Shown: positions 11,729 through 23,262 of the stretch, piece after piece | How positions within the stretch are numbered: position 1 is the first letter of the stretch | Layout of the letters: each line of letters starts with the position of its first letter | From: Octopus vulgaris | Lineage: Eukaryota | NCBI GenBank assembly: GCA_951406725.2 | Contig: OX597822.1 | Span: forward strand, 36,084,001 to 36,148,000 | Length of the DNA stretch: 64,000 bases | Direction: 5' to 3' | Notes under the pieces: model-generated | What the model was told of the DNA's origin: nothing | What the model saw: only the letters and a program-made list of their open reading frames with translations | Database searches by the model: none | Translations under genes and position numbers: made by a program

Positions 11729-13066
11729 TATATGTATATATATGTATATTTATTTATATGTATCTAATTGTGTGTGTCTTTGAGTCGGTGTTTGTCCTCC
11801 ACCACCACTTGTCAACTGGTGTTGGTGTGTTTATGTCCCTTTAACTAAGTGGGTTGGCGAAAGACCCGATAAAATAAGTCTCAGGCTTAAAAGGAAAAAG
11901 TGCTGAGATCAATTCATTTCAACTAAAAAAGGCAGTGCTCCAGCATGGCCACAGTCTAATGACTGAAACAAGTAAAAGATAAAAGATAAAAGACAGGATA
12001 CAAACTATGTGAACACATGGACGAAACTGTCCACTTGATAGAGGAGAGACTCCAACTAAGGCCATCCAAGGAAATCTACAGATTGGGGACCAACAGGCGT
12101 TCTCCAATCACCCATCCTTTGACAAATTCACTGGAGAATAACATACTGTTATAGATGCTGATGATGATGGTGATGTTGATGATTTTTTTTTACTCTTTAT
12201 AATGAGTGCAGCAAAGCTGATGAAGGCAATGATGATGTTGATGGTGGTGGTGGTGTTAGTGGTGATGATGATGATGGCGATTATGATGACGACAATGGCT
12301 ATGATGATGGTACTGAAACACACACTATCCAACTTCTGACGTCTAGAGGCATAGTTGACTCAGTTCCATTATGAATGCCTCTCCCCTCTCCACCTACCTC
12401 CACCATTCTGTAACACCACCACCACCATCAACAACAACAACACCATCACTGCCGCCACCATTATCACTATTTAAACATAAATCCACCTTGCCATGTTGTA
12501 AGTTAATCACCATAGTTTACCCTCGCCTTTCACACACACACACACAAATTGTGTTAAACTTTCTTCTATTTTGTTTCTCTTCAACAGTCGGCTCCACCCA
12601 AGATATCTTATTATTAGACTTGCCAAGATGTAAATATATAGCTTTGAAGAGATTGAATATAGTCTTAGAGAGAGAGAGAGAGAGAGAGAGAGTAAGAGAG
12701 AGGAAGGAGAAAGTGGAAAAGAGAGAGGAAAAGTATGAGAGAGAGAGTAAAAGTCAAGATGTGAATATACTTTTGAAGAGAATGAACATGGTCTTTGAGA
12801 GACAGGCAGACAAATAACACACCGGTATACAGGAATACAGCAGCAGAGAGGGAGACAAGAGGCAAATAGAGAGGAATACAGTAAAAAAGGGAGGAGAGAG
12901 AGATAGAGAGAGGGGTAGGAGGAAAAGACAGATAGCAGACAAGCAGAGAGGCATTTATAAGGAGAAGGAGGGAGAGATGGATGGATGGATGGAAAGACAA
13001 CTGACAAGTAGAGAGGCATAGAATAGAGAGAGAGACACAGGCAGGCAGACAGCTAGATAGAGAGCT

Positions 13067-13450
13067 CAGTCATTTGACTGTGGCCATGCTGGAGCACCGC
13101 CTTTAGTCAAGCAAATCGACCCCAGGACTTAATCTTTGTAAGCTTAGTACTTATTCTATCGTTCACTTTTGCCAAACCACTAAGTTACTGGGACGCAAAC
13201 ACACCAGCATCGGTTGTCAAGCAATTTTGGGGGAACAAACACTGACGCACAAACACACACACACATAAATATATATATATATATATAACAGGCTTCTTTC
13301 AGTTTCCGTCCACCAAATCCACTCACAAGGCTTTGGCTGGCCCGAGGCTATACTAGAAGACACTTGCCCAAGGTGCCACGCAGTGGGACTGAACTCAGAA
13401 CCATGTGGTTGGTAAGCAAGCTACTTACCACACAACCACTCCTACACCTG
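13067..13450 (-). mobile_element. SINE family A
   Basis: Homologous to other family A copies. Confidence 0.85.
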
Positions 13451-14014
13451 TAAGAATGAGAGGGCAAGAATATATGAGAGAAAGTGTGAAAGTGAGTGGA
13501 AGAGAGAAAGAAGATGAATAAGAGAGAGAGAGAGAGAGAGAGTGTGTGTGTGTTTGTGGGCATGTAGAGAAGAGAGAAAGAGAGCAAGAATAAGCAAGAG
13601 AGAAAGTGTGAAAGTTAGAGAAAAAGGTGAATATTAAAAAGTACCTTAAGAACCCTTGCAAGCCCTACAAAAGCCGTCCCCCACCAAATTTATTATTATC
13701 ATTATTATTATTATTATTATTATTGATAATCTTCAAGATTGTGCTCCAGCATGGCCACAGTCTAATGACTGAAACAAGTGAAAGATAAAAAGTTGCAAAA
13801 CAAAAGTATTCAGCCATGACCTTATGTCAACCAAGGTATTGCGAGCGGGGTACCTTGATGATGAGGATGATGATGGTGAGGAGGAAGGGGAGGAGGAGGA
13901 TGGTAACAGTAATGATGAGGATGATGATGAAGAGATGACAAGTGTAATGATGATAGTGATAATGACTGATGATGATAACGAGGAAGGAAAGGGTGATGAT
14001 GTGATGGTGAGTGT

Positions 14015-14226
14015 AGGTGGCGAGCTGGCAGAATCATTAGCACACCGGGTGAAATGCTTAGCAGTATTTCGCCCATCGCTATGTTCTGAGTCCAAATTCA
14101 GCCTAGGTAGACTTTGCTTTTCATCCTTTTAAGGTCAATTAAATAAGTACCAGTTATGCGCTGGAATCGATCTAATCAACTAGGACCCTCCCCCAAAATT
14201 TCAAGCCTTGTGCCTATAGTAGAAAG
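14015..14226 (+). mobile_element. SINE family B (Nin/Deu-like)
   Basis: GGCGAGCTGGCAGAATC head, domain motif and TTGTGCCTATAGTAGAAAG tail. Confidence 0.85.
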
Positions 14227-14423
14227 GACGTGATGATGATTGTAATGGTAGCTATGATAATGACTGTGATGATGATGAGGAGGAGGAGGACGACGACGAC
14301 GACAACAAGGATGAGAAGGAGGAGTGTGATGATGATGATGATATGATGATGGTGGTGGTGGTGTCAATAATTTAGAAAAATTTCTTTACTAAAGTTTCTA
14401 ACCAAAATTATTTCATTTTGCAG

Positions 14424-14534
14424 CTGATGGAACAGAAATGGAGAAGAGCACGGGACCAGCAAAATTCTGAAAAGCAACAGGAAAGAGACCTTTTGCGTTA
14501 TAACCCCATTAACTGGAGTGGGACGCTTAGCTAA
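14424..14534 (+). CDS. Probable terminal coding exon of an unidentified coiled-coil-like protein (LMEQKWRRARDQQNSEKQQERDLLRYNPINWSGTLS*)
   Basis: Acceptor tttcattttgcag; phase 0; 37 codons to TAA; unique, non-repeat sequence with protein-like composition. Confidence 0.65.
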   Translation: MMEQKWRRARDQQNSEKQQERDLLRYNPINWSGTLS

Positions 14535-16254
14535 AAAAGAAAAATTTAAAAAACAACATTTCTCTTTACCAACCAACAGCTCATTAATTTACACATTTTA
14601 ATTAGCAGTTTAGTCCTTTAATTAATTCAGACCAATATTCTTCTTGGCATACAGCAGCACAGAAACATAATTAGTGATAAATTACTCCTATTTTAAACAT
14701 ACATGTAAAAATATATATATGTAAATACATGTATGTATGTGTGCATGCATATGTCTGTATGTGTTTGTGTGTGCATGTGTATGCATGCAACCATGTGTAT
14801 GTGTGCATGTGTGTGCACATGTGTGTACATGTGTGCATGCACATGTGTGTGTGTGCATGATTGGAGCCTGGTGCAGCCATCTAGTTTGCCAGTCCTCAGT
14901 CAAATTGTCCAACCCATGCCAGCATGGAAAGCGGATGTTAAACGATGATGATGATGAGTATGAATGTTTCTATATATTTTTTCATATATATGTGCATGTA
15001 TGTATATCTGTATAGGTGTGTATATGTTTATGTTTATAGGTGTATGTGTATATATATATATATATATATGTATATATGTGCGTATGTAAACACACACCAC
15101 ACAGAGGCATCCCTTGCATTACAGCTACCTCAGATTATGAAATTTTGCGCTTACAGAAATTGTGAAGTATGACCACTAATTTTGAGGTTTGGTCTATAAT
15201 TTTGCCTTTAAAAGAAACTCAGATATTAACAATTTAAAAGCTACATATATATATATATATATATCTTAGCCAAAAAGCAACTTCTCAATGTTTTAGCTAA
15301 GATGATAGTATTGCTCATGATACATATCTTCAAATGTCTGTGTGTGGTTTGTGTATATGCAAGTGTTTCTGTACACCTCACAATAAGTACTTACAGAGTT
15401 TGAGTAATTTTCACTGTGAATATTTATGCATATGCTTATGTATATTTTGAGTCACAATGAGGGTCTAATTTTCCAATCTGTCTGTCTCCATGTATATATA
15501 CACATACTATCTATCGATCTATCTATCTATATATATACATATAGTCCCACCCATACTAGCATGGAAGATGGATGTTAAAAATGATGGTGATATATAAATA
15601 AACCTTCGCTTCCATCACCTATCAACACTTAACCACTCCCATTACTAACCCACCAACTCTTTAATGATGAACAACAGCAGCAATACTAAGAACAAGATAA
15701 GCAAGTCCATCTAAAATAAATACAGTCTTATGAGATAATGTGATTGTCTCTTATTTTAGGCAGCATATTTTAAAGGTTGAATGAACTGCTTTTGGTTTTA
15801 GGTCAATGGAGATTGGCTTGAAACTAAACAACAACAATACAATTAAGAAAAATATGAACACCACCACCAAAACATCAAGCAAACCACTTAATTTGAATAA
15901 CTAACTAGTAACAACAATAAGAGTTTCAGCATGATAAGGACTGTAGCTACATATGTTGTATGCCAACACAACAGTGATTGAGTCTAAATAGGATGTTGAG
16001 ACTTTTGCCTTAAGTTAGAAATGCAAAGACAATGTGGACATGAACTTGGTAACCCACCAACTAAGTTTAATCATACAGCATTTCCTCCCACCTCACCTTT
16101 CACCCGTTTCTTCTTCTGATGTCCATCCTTACATCCATAAGAATACAACAATTTTTTTCACTCACAAAGCAGTTCTTTCTTGTGTTATTTTACTACATAT
16201 TGTGGATAATAGTTGATTGCTGTCACTGTTGAATTACAAAATATCTAGAAAGAA

Positions 16255-17185
16255 GCTATCAAGTGGAACTGAATGTAGTAGAGTGAAAAAGAATCATAAA
16301 AGGTTTACTTAGGATACTAAACTTGATGTTTTAAAAAGACTTGATGCAAGAGTAAAAATCATCAACATTGCTATAACATTAAAGGTTGCACTGTTTACAG
16401 TAAGAACTAATGGGTGAAAACAGAGAGAAAATTAAGTGAAGTGCTGAAGAAATTATTTTATTGACCACCCAAACTTTATTTTTTCATAAATCTGATGTGA
16501 TGCTTAAAATGGAACAGTTCTTGAAGGTATGGATTGAGGATTAAACTCAACATAATGTGCCAATAATCATGAGGCTGTTGAAGATTACACTTGCAAACGT
16601 ACCATGAGGTGAGATCAAACTCGCAATGATGTGGTTGCAAATCAAAATGATAGTAATTTTTGAAAAAAGGACCAAAAGTTTGTATGACAATATACATAAA
16701 AAGGGGGCAGGTGAAACTTCTTATAAATAGTTTTTTTTTTTCTGGCTAGTGAAGTTGGTTTGAAAGGTTTAAGAAGTGCTTGAATTTGCACAGCTTAAAA
16801 ATGACTGGTGAAGCTGTTAATGTTGATACAGAAGTTGCTACTAAATATCTCGAGCAACTGAAAAAAATAACTGCTAAATTGAGCTACACACCAGAGCAAG
16901 TATAAAATGCTGATGATTTTCATTTCATGATAAGAAAATCAACACCAAGATTTAAAGCTTCTAAACATTGTCTGATATGTCTTCTTGGAGGAAATGTTGT
17001 TGGTGGGATGAAATTAATACCTCTACTTGTATACCATACCAAAAATCCAGATGCTTTCAAGGGTTAAACAAAGTTTAATTTACCCATAATTTGGCATTTC
17101 AATTAGAAGGAATAGATGATTAAGAGCTTTTTCAAAGAGTGGCTAACAAACATTTTTTATCCAGCTGCAGAAACATACAGTCCCA
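16255..17185 (+). pseudogene. Decayed Tigger/pogo-like transposase
   Basis: Translated remnants TKLDVLKRLD (HTH), LKMTGEAVNVD, YTPEQV*NAD, FKASK..LLGGN..G.MKL.PLLVYH..NP.AFKG. Confidence 0.8.
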
Positions 17186-17314
17186 GAGATAATAAATATA
17201 CATACAGACAGACAGACAGACAGACAGATTGATTCAGATGAATATGATACTTAAGTTGAAGCACCAGAATTTAGTACGGTATTATCCATACAATTTCAAA
17301 ATAAGGTGATTAAA

Positions 17315-17891
17315 ATCAAAATAAGCAACAAGGATATCCAGAGGTAATGCAGTACAATCGTTTCATGCAACTCCATTTAATTGAACAATGCAATCATTAC
17401 ATCAATTTAAATGCAGAACAATCCTCAGCTGCATAAAGACATAGAATTTAAATTAAAACAGATGGACATATTAGTATAATTTTACCTAAAATCTTCAAGA
17501 ACGTAAGGAGATAGACAGAGAACATGCTGTCTTCATTTCAACTTAGAAGCTACTAAGGTATCAGGAAGAAAGACTTGTTACAGATTTTGCTTGTCACTAT
17601 TTTATGGGGTGAGTTTTAATGTAACAAGTCTTTCTTCCCGATACCTTAGTAGCTTCTCAGCTGAAGTGAAGACAGCATGTTCTCTGTCTATCTCCTTACC
17701 TTCTTGGAGATTTTAGGTAAAATTATACTAATGTGCCCATCTGTTTTAATTTAATTAAATTCTATGTCTTTATGCAACTGTGGATTGCTCAGCATTTAAA
17801 TTGATGTAATGATTGCATTGTTCAATTAAATGGAGTTGCTTGAAACGATCATACTGCATTACCTCTAGATATCATTGTTGCTTATTTTGAT
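17315..17891. mobile_element. Foldback element (~268-bp inverted arms), Penelope-like inverted pseudo-LTR
   Basis: Arms 17315-17582 and 17620-17891 with a ~37-bp spacer; each arm has an HHR; abuts (TA)n. Confidence 0.7.
17347..17434 (-). ncRNA. Type I hammerhead ribozyme (decayed mirror copy at 17772-17859 on +)
   Basis: Stem I ATGCAG/CTGCAT; CTGAGGA; long stem II; GAAA-CGATTG-TA with near-palindromic stem III and GUA site; first stem II pair mismatched. Confidence 0.65.
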
Positions 17892-18072
17892 ATATATATA
17901 TATATATATATATAACCTTGGCTACTCAACTAGGTTGCGTGATTGCTGGCAAGGCTATATATATATATTTGAAAAAATGAATAGAAGTGGAAAAATTATC
18001 AGAAAAGCCATTTCTTTTCATTTTTTCAAATACAAAATACTGTACCAAGGACTTTTTATTCTACTATATGTA

Positions 18073-18402
18073 TATATTATCCAAAATATATAGTATTATA
18101 TATCCATCATGCCTGATCTTAATCAGTTTCACGCAAAGAATACAATGGAGTGTTAGGTAACAATCCGATTATATAATCTTATGCTCATCAGAGTAGCCAA
18201 TATGGAAGGAAACATGCTGATTCCTTTCAATTGTTGGACAATAGAGAGCAGTCGTCATATTCCCTTCCATATTGGCTAACTTTGATGAGCAAAGGTTATA
18301 TAAATGGATTGTTACCTAAGACTCCAATGTATTCCTTGTGCAAAACTAATTGGTAAGATCAACTGTGATGGATATATAATACTATATATTTTGGATAATA
18401 TA
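18073..18402. mobile_element. Foldback element (~145-bp arms) with decayed HHR in each arm
   Basis: Arms 18073-18216 and 18256-18402; CTGATGA and GAAA kept in the left arm (- strand); stem II GCAAAGG/CCTTGTGC kept in the right arm. Confidence 0.6.
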
Positions 18403-18469
18403 CCCACTCTATTAACAGATATACAAGTGCATCTTTTCCCTGATTCATGGTCTTTTAGATGACTCACAT

Positions 18470-18504
<35 letters not shown>

Positions 18505-18982
18505 GAGCATATTGTAAATGGTGGCCAGGTGAAATACAACTCATCAGAAAAGGTTAAAAGGCAGAAAGCAGTCATTACTTAAGTAAAGAAAGACAGCAAT
18601 GAAAGCACAGTAAAAGAATAAAACACAAAAGGACCAAAAAGTGAACAGTAAATATGCCATAAAGAGGAAAAGGTATGTGGATATGAACTAGTTTTGGTGA
18701 ATTGACAGCTAACAACCGACATGGACTGTGTGTGTGTGTGTGTGTGTGCATGTGTGTGTGTGTATTCATGCATTTGTAGGTGCAGGCATGGTGTCGGCAC
18801 AAGCATGCTTGTGTGGTTAGCTACATGGCCTCGGGTTCAGTCCTACTGTGTGGCACCTTGGGAAAGTGTCTTCTGCTGTAGCCTCGGGCTGACCGAAATC
18901 TTGTGATCGAATTTGGTAGGCAGAAGTTACCATCATGTGTGCACCTGTGCATGCAAGTGCTTGTGCTTCTTAAAAATATATA

Positions 18983-19168
18983 TCATCATCATCGTTTAAC
19001 GTCCGTTTTCCGTGCTAGCACGGGTTGGACGGTTCGACCAGGGTCTGGGAAGCCAGGAGGCTGCACCAGGCTCCAGTCTGATCTGGCAGTGTTTCTACAG
19101 CTGGATGCCCTTCCTAACACCAACCACTCCATGAGTGTAGTGGGTGCTTTTTACGTGCCACCGGCACA
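18983..19168 (-). mobile_element. SINE family C, 5'-truncated
   Basis: Consensus-like tail and core. Confidence 0.85.
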
Positions 19169-19204
19169 GATATATATGTATATATATATACATAAATTAA
19201 ATAG

Positions 19205-19590
19205 AGTGAGACCATTGACAATCTAATAATTTATTTATAGTATGACATAATATTATATAACATAAACAACCATTCCAAAAAACCACAAAAGGCCAACAAA
19301 TTGTTTTGGCCTATATACATTTTGTGATACACATACACAACAACAGCTCCCTTATAAATAAGGATCATGGTTTAAAGATAGATAGGATTTCATCAATCTG
19401 TAAACTACGACCCTGAAGTGTACATATATCAAATAAGTGAATGAACAAATATTGTAACTAGTGCTCAACATGTAGATGGAGTTGTATCAATTGAGTAACA
19501 GGTTCACTTAGCTCCTCCAACATGTCTTCATATGTCTGGGGATCTGGTCATGTTTTTTCACATCCACAAAACTTTAAGCAACTGGAGGAA
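19205..19590 (+). pseudogene. Possible decayed Penelope 3' end (GIY-YIG C-terminus)
   Basis: SLINKDHG at ~19347-19370 resembles the end of Penelope GIY-YIG domains; otherwise very degenerate. Confidence 0.3.
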
Positions 19591-19599
19591 CTAAATCGT

Positions 19600-19820
19600 T
19601 TTCTCTAGGCACAAGGCACAAATGTTTGGGTAGGAGTGAGGGTGGAGGAGGCAGTTGATAAGATCGACCTCAGTAAGCAACTGGTAATAAATTTATTGAC
19701 CCCAAAAGGATGAAAGGTAAAGTCAACCTTGGTGGAATTTGAACTCAGAACATAAAGATAGACGAAATACCACTAGGCATTTCACCCAGAGTGCTAACGT
19801 TTCTGCCAGCTCACTGCCTT
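19600..19820 (-). mobile_element. SINE family B
   Basis: Reverse complement of family B consensus. Confidence 0.8.
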
Positions 19821-19895
19821 ACAGAAGGAGCTAAATCAACCTATTAATGTGTGTGCATGTGCATATACATACATATACATACACACACACACATG

Positions 19896-19981
<86 letters not shown>

Positions 19982-20542
19982 TATGTATGTGTATGTATGA
20001 ATTTATGTATGTACGTATGTATACACAAACACACACATATAAAGTAAAACAACAGTAGCAACAACTGTAACAACAAAAAAAATACATTACAAAATTTACC
20101 ATGCTAGAAATAATAGTCAGATGTCTCTCATGTTTCTGATGAATAAAACATAATTGGATATTATCCGAGACAAGCTATATCTGAAAAGACAGGAGAGTCA
20201 TGGCTAGAATGACCTTCATTACAGGTTTGCTCCAGTGCTAAATAATAATAGCATCTTAGTAGGGCTGTCTTAACAGCAGTATAGACCCATTGATGGATTG
20301 CTCTGGGATCCTTACATTTATTTATTGACAACCAGCCATAGCATACAAAGATTTCCATTAGGACCCTGGATAACACCATCTAAGTAGGGCCATCATAACA
20401 GTGTAGACCCTCTGGAAATGCAATGCATTGGAGACCTTACATTTATTTGTTAACAGTAAGTCACAGCATACAAAGATTTGCATTAGGTCTCTGGACCCAT
20501 GGGTCTCCTGGGAAATTTCTTGTACTTTTCTAATTGAACCAC

Positions 20543-20945
20543 TCACTCCCTATGAAGCAAAGGCTAACAATGACTTTTCTCCACTATTCTTCATTTTGAG
20601 CTGTCTTTTCTGCTTCTCTCCAATTAAATTACTGCTTTTCCAACCTCTCTCTTGCTGCCCTTGTGGGTTCCCTCTCCACTTATGCTTCAGGCATATGTTT
20701 CCCAGAGGGAAGGCCTTCCTCTCTCATGTCTTTGTTTTGAATTGTCAATGATCCTTTTGGAATTTTGCTGTTTCGAGATAGGAGTGGTGGCCCTACACAA
20801 ACTCATTTTTACCTCTAGGGATAGGTGGTCACTATCAGTTCAGCCTCAATACTTTGACCCGTTTGGTATGGGAGACCTTACAAGGAACTTGTTATAGCTC
20901 TCAGATTCATTGAGGCATTCAAGCCACCACACTGCAACAAGGAAT
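20543..20945 (-). mobile_element. RTE-derived bipartite non-autonomous element (5'UTR-like part joined to 3' end)
   Basis: - strand starts CCTTGTTGCAGTGTGGTGGCTTGAATGCCTCAATG...GAGAGCTAT...GGTCTCCCATACCAAACGGGTC and ends GTTAGCCTTTGCTTCATAGGGAGTG; both resemble RTE termini as recalled. Confidence 0.5.
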
Positions 20946-21911
20946 GGAAGTTGTGGAGGAATTTCCCATTGTGCTCAAGCCTTAAGACAACACTGATTCT
21001 AAAGTATGGAGTTTCCTGGAAAAAGTTCAAGCATAACTTTTACATCCAAACCTGGTATGGTGATTTTGTTAAAATCAGCATTCCAGTCTTCATCGAAGCA
21101 GAAACTGTCCTCAAACTTCACACTTAATACACAAGATTTCAGCCCCTTTTTGCACACATATCTCAAGTAATGGAATGGTACCACTGCAGCAGACACAAAC
21201 ATCCAAGACTACATTCTAAAGGCCAACTTTCTATTCAAAGGATTTGTGCAGAATCTAGGAGTGGGGAAGACATCCAACAGGGATGACAAAAGAGGAAAGA
21301 GATGAATCAGTCAGATGGGTCTAAGTCAGAGGTAGAATAAGAGTATTAAGGGCCCTTGGGCATAACTGTTTACCAGGCCCCTTAGCATTGATATCAGTAG
21401 AGTTAACATGTAGAGTGCAGGCCCTACATGCCCAATTGAGTGACAGCTCAGTCTGCCCTCGATCTGAGTGGAAGTGGAATGAAATCAGCCAGCTCTGAGA
21501 AACAGACACTACTGTAGTGGAGACAAAGGAAGAGACATGTTGGGGTGTATTTTTTAGTATCTTCCTCTTCCCATTAACTGAATATGTGAGTAAGGTATGA
21601 GATGAGTATGTGAGAAGACATGAGATGCTCTAAGAATTGTGAAGCTTAGCCTTTAAGTGAAGTTGAAGGATTTATACATACACACACACACGTGTATATG
21701 TGTGCATACATATATACGATGAGCTTCCATACAGTCTCCATCTTACAAACTTCGCTCACATGGCACTGGTCAAGGCCGAGTCAGATTTTCAAAAGCACCA
21801 TGGAGTGAGATCAAGGAATCAAACCCAAAATAATGTGTCACAAAACACTTCAACCACACAGCCATACTTGCATCTTGCCAGAATTGTGCCTGTAAATAAC
21901 TTTATCAACGA

Positions 21912-21942
<31 letters not shown>

Positions 21943-22124
21943 TGAGTGTAAGGCAACGCCGTGTCCATGGTGTGTATTTTGAGTTTTAGTAGTGTTGAAG
22001 GAGACTAAGTCGTTGTATCCTCATTGGTTGGATCTGTTTATAGAAGTGATACATATCTAGCATAAGACCTCTGTCTAGGTTGTGCGTGGGTTAAAGGAAG
22101 AATGAAAAGTGTTACTTATATCAT

Positions 22125-22405
22125 GTGGAGCCACATGGTCTTGTGGTTAGAGCAGCAGACTCGCGGGTTCGAATCTCAGACTGGTCGATGTGTGTGTTTA
22201 TGAACGAAACACCTAAGCTCCACGCGGCTCTGGCAGAAGGTAATGTTTAACTTCTGCTGACTCTTTCGCCACAACTTTCACTCACTCTTTCCTCCTGTAT
22301 CTTGCAGCTCACCGGCGTCCCGTCCAGGTGGGGAACCTATACGCCAAAGAAACCGGGGAACCGGCCCTTATGAGCCAGGTGTGGCTCGAGAAGGAACAAA
22401 CAAAA
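22125..22405 (+). mobile_element. SINE family D (tRNA head, V-like domain, (CAA)n tail)
   Basis: Homologous to 27306-27597, 32663-32945 and 42814-43125. Confidence 0.85.
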
Positions 22406-22860
22406 CTTACATCATAAAAATGTGTGGTTAGAAGTATCAGAAAGCATGTCGTTAATATATTAAAATGATGCTTTATAGCCAAACCCATATAGACACAAGA
22501 CTTGACAGTGTTTGGGATGTAAAAAGGGCGCATTATCAATATATACTGTGGTAGAGAGGATTCAGAGTGGAAACTCCCAATAAGTGGCAGATAGAGTATC
22601 AATATAGGCAGCTTATAAGAGAGTAAAGAGATAAAGAGTCGGATTATGCCAAGGGCAGCAACTCTTGATGTAGTAATGCATGCAAGTCTTCATAAAACCG
22701 GCTCAACAATAGAGATTCTGAAACTGGAGAAAATTTAGCGTCAGAGGGTAAATTTGCAGATTCTGGATTTGTGTGTCAGTATATATCAAAGTAATAAAGT
22801 TAATGCTTGTTCATGAAGTGGCCAATGGTTTCGCATCCACGAAAGTGGACGATTCATTTG

Positions 22861-23262
22861 TTTTCGGTTTGAACGGCAGTTTTTAACATAATTTCTAGGT
22901 AACTAAAAAATTTTAAACTTCGTATACTGGTAGAATGTGTTTATAAAACATCTTTTTCTCTTAGCTTTATTGAGAAAATTCCATAGTTTGTAAGATATTT
23001 GTTGTTGTTTTTTTCTTCAATTTCTGCAATTTCAACCAATCACTGACGTCTATTGAGGTAAAAAAAAACAAACCATTCTGTGCCGTATGAATATGTCCCT
23101 CGTTTAAGAAACAGGTTGGGTTCATTTACATTTGTGAAGAAAAAAAGATACCCTTCCCCCCACGCCTAACCCTAACTAACCATCGATACTAGGGTTATAA
23201 TTACGGGTGACAATTTCATATGACACGGCTAGAAAAAACTGCCGTTCAAACAGAAAAGATCC
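22861..23262. mobile_element. MITE with ~25-bp TIRs and internal CCTAAC repeats
   Basis: TTTTCGGTTTGAACGGCAGTTTTT / AAAAACTGCCGTTCAAACAGAAAA. Confidence 0.75.

Larger units (their letters stand above)
10575..11995 (+). mobile_element. Family A SINE split by nested insertions
   Basis: Head 10575-10730 and 3' half 11765-11995 flank a microsatellite, a Penelope-like remnant, a family C SINE and a Helitron. Confidence 0.75.

Noticed and set aside
13824-14367. Acidic and poly-His ORFs
   Set aside because: (GAT/GAG)n simple repeats running into a SINE
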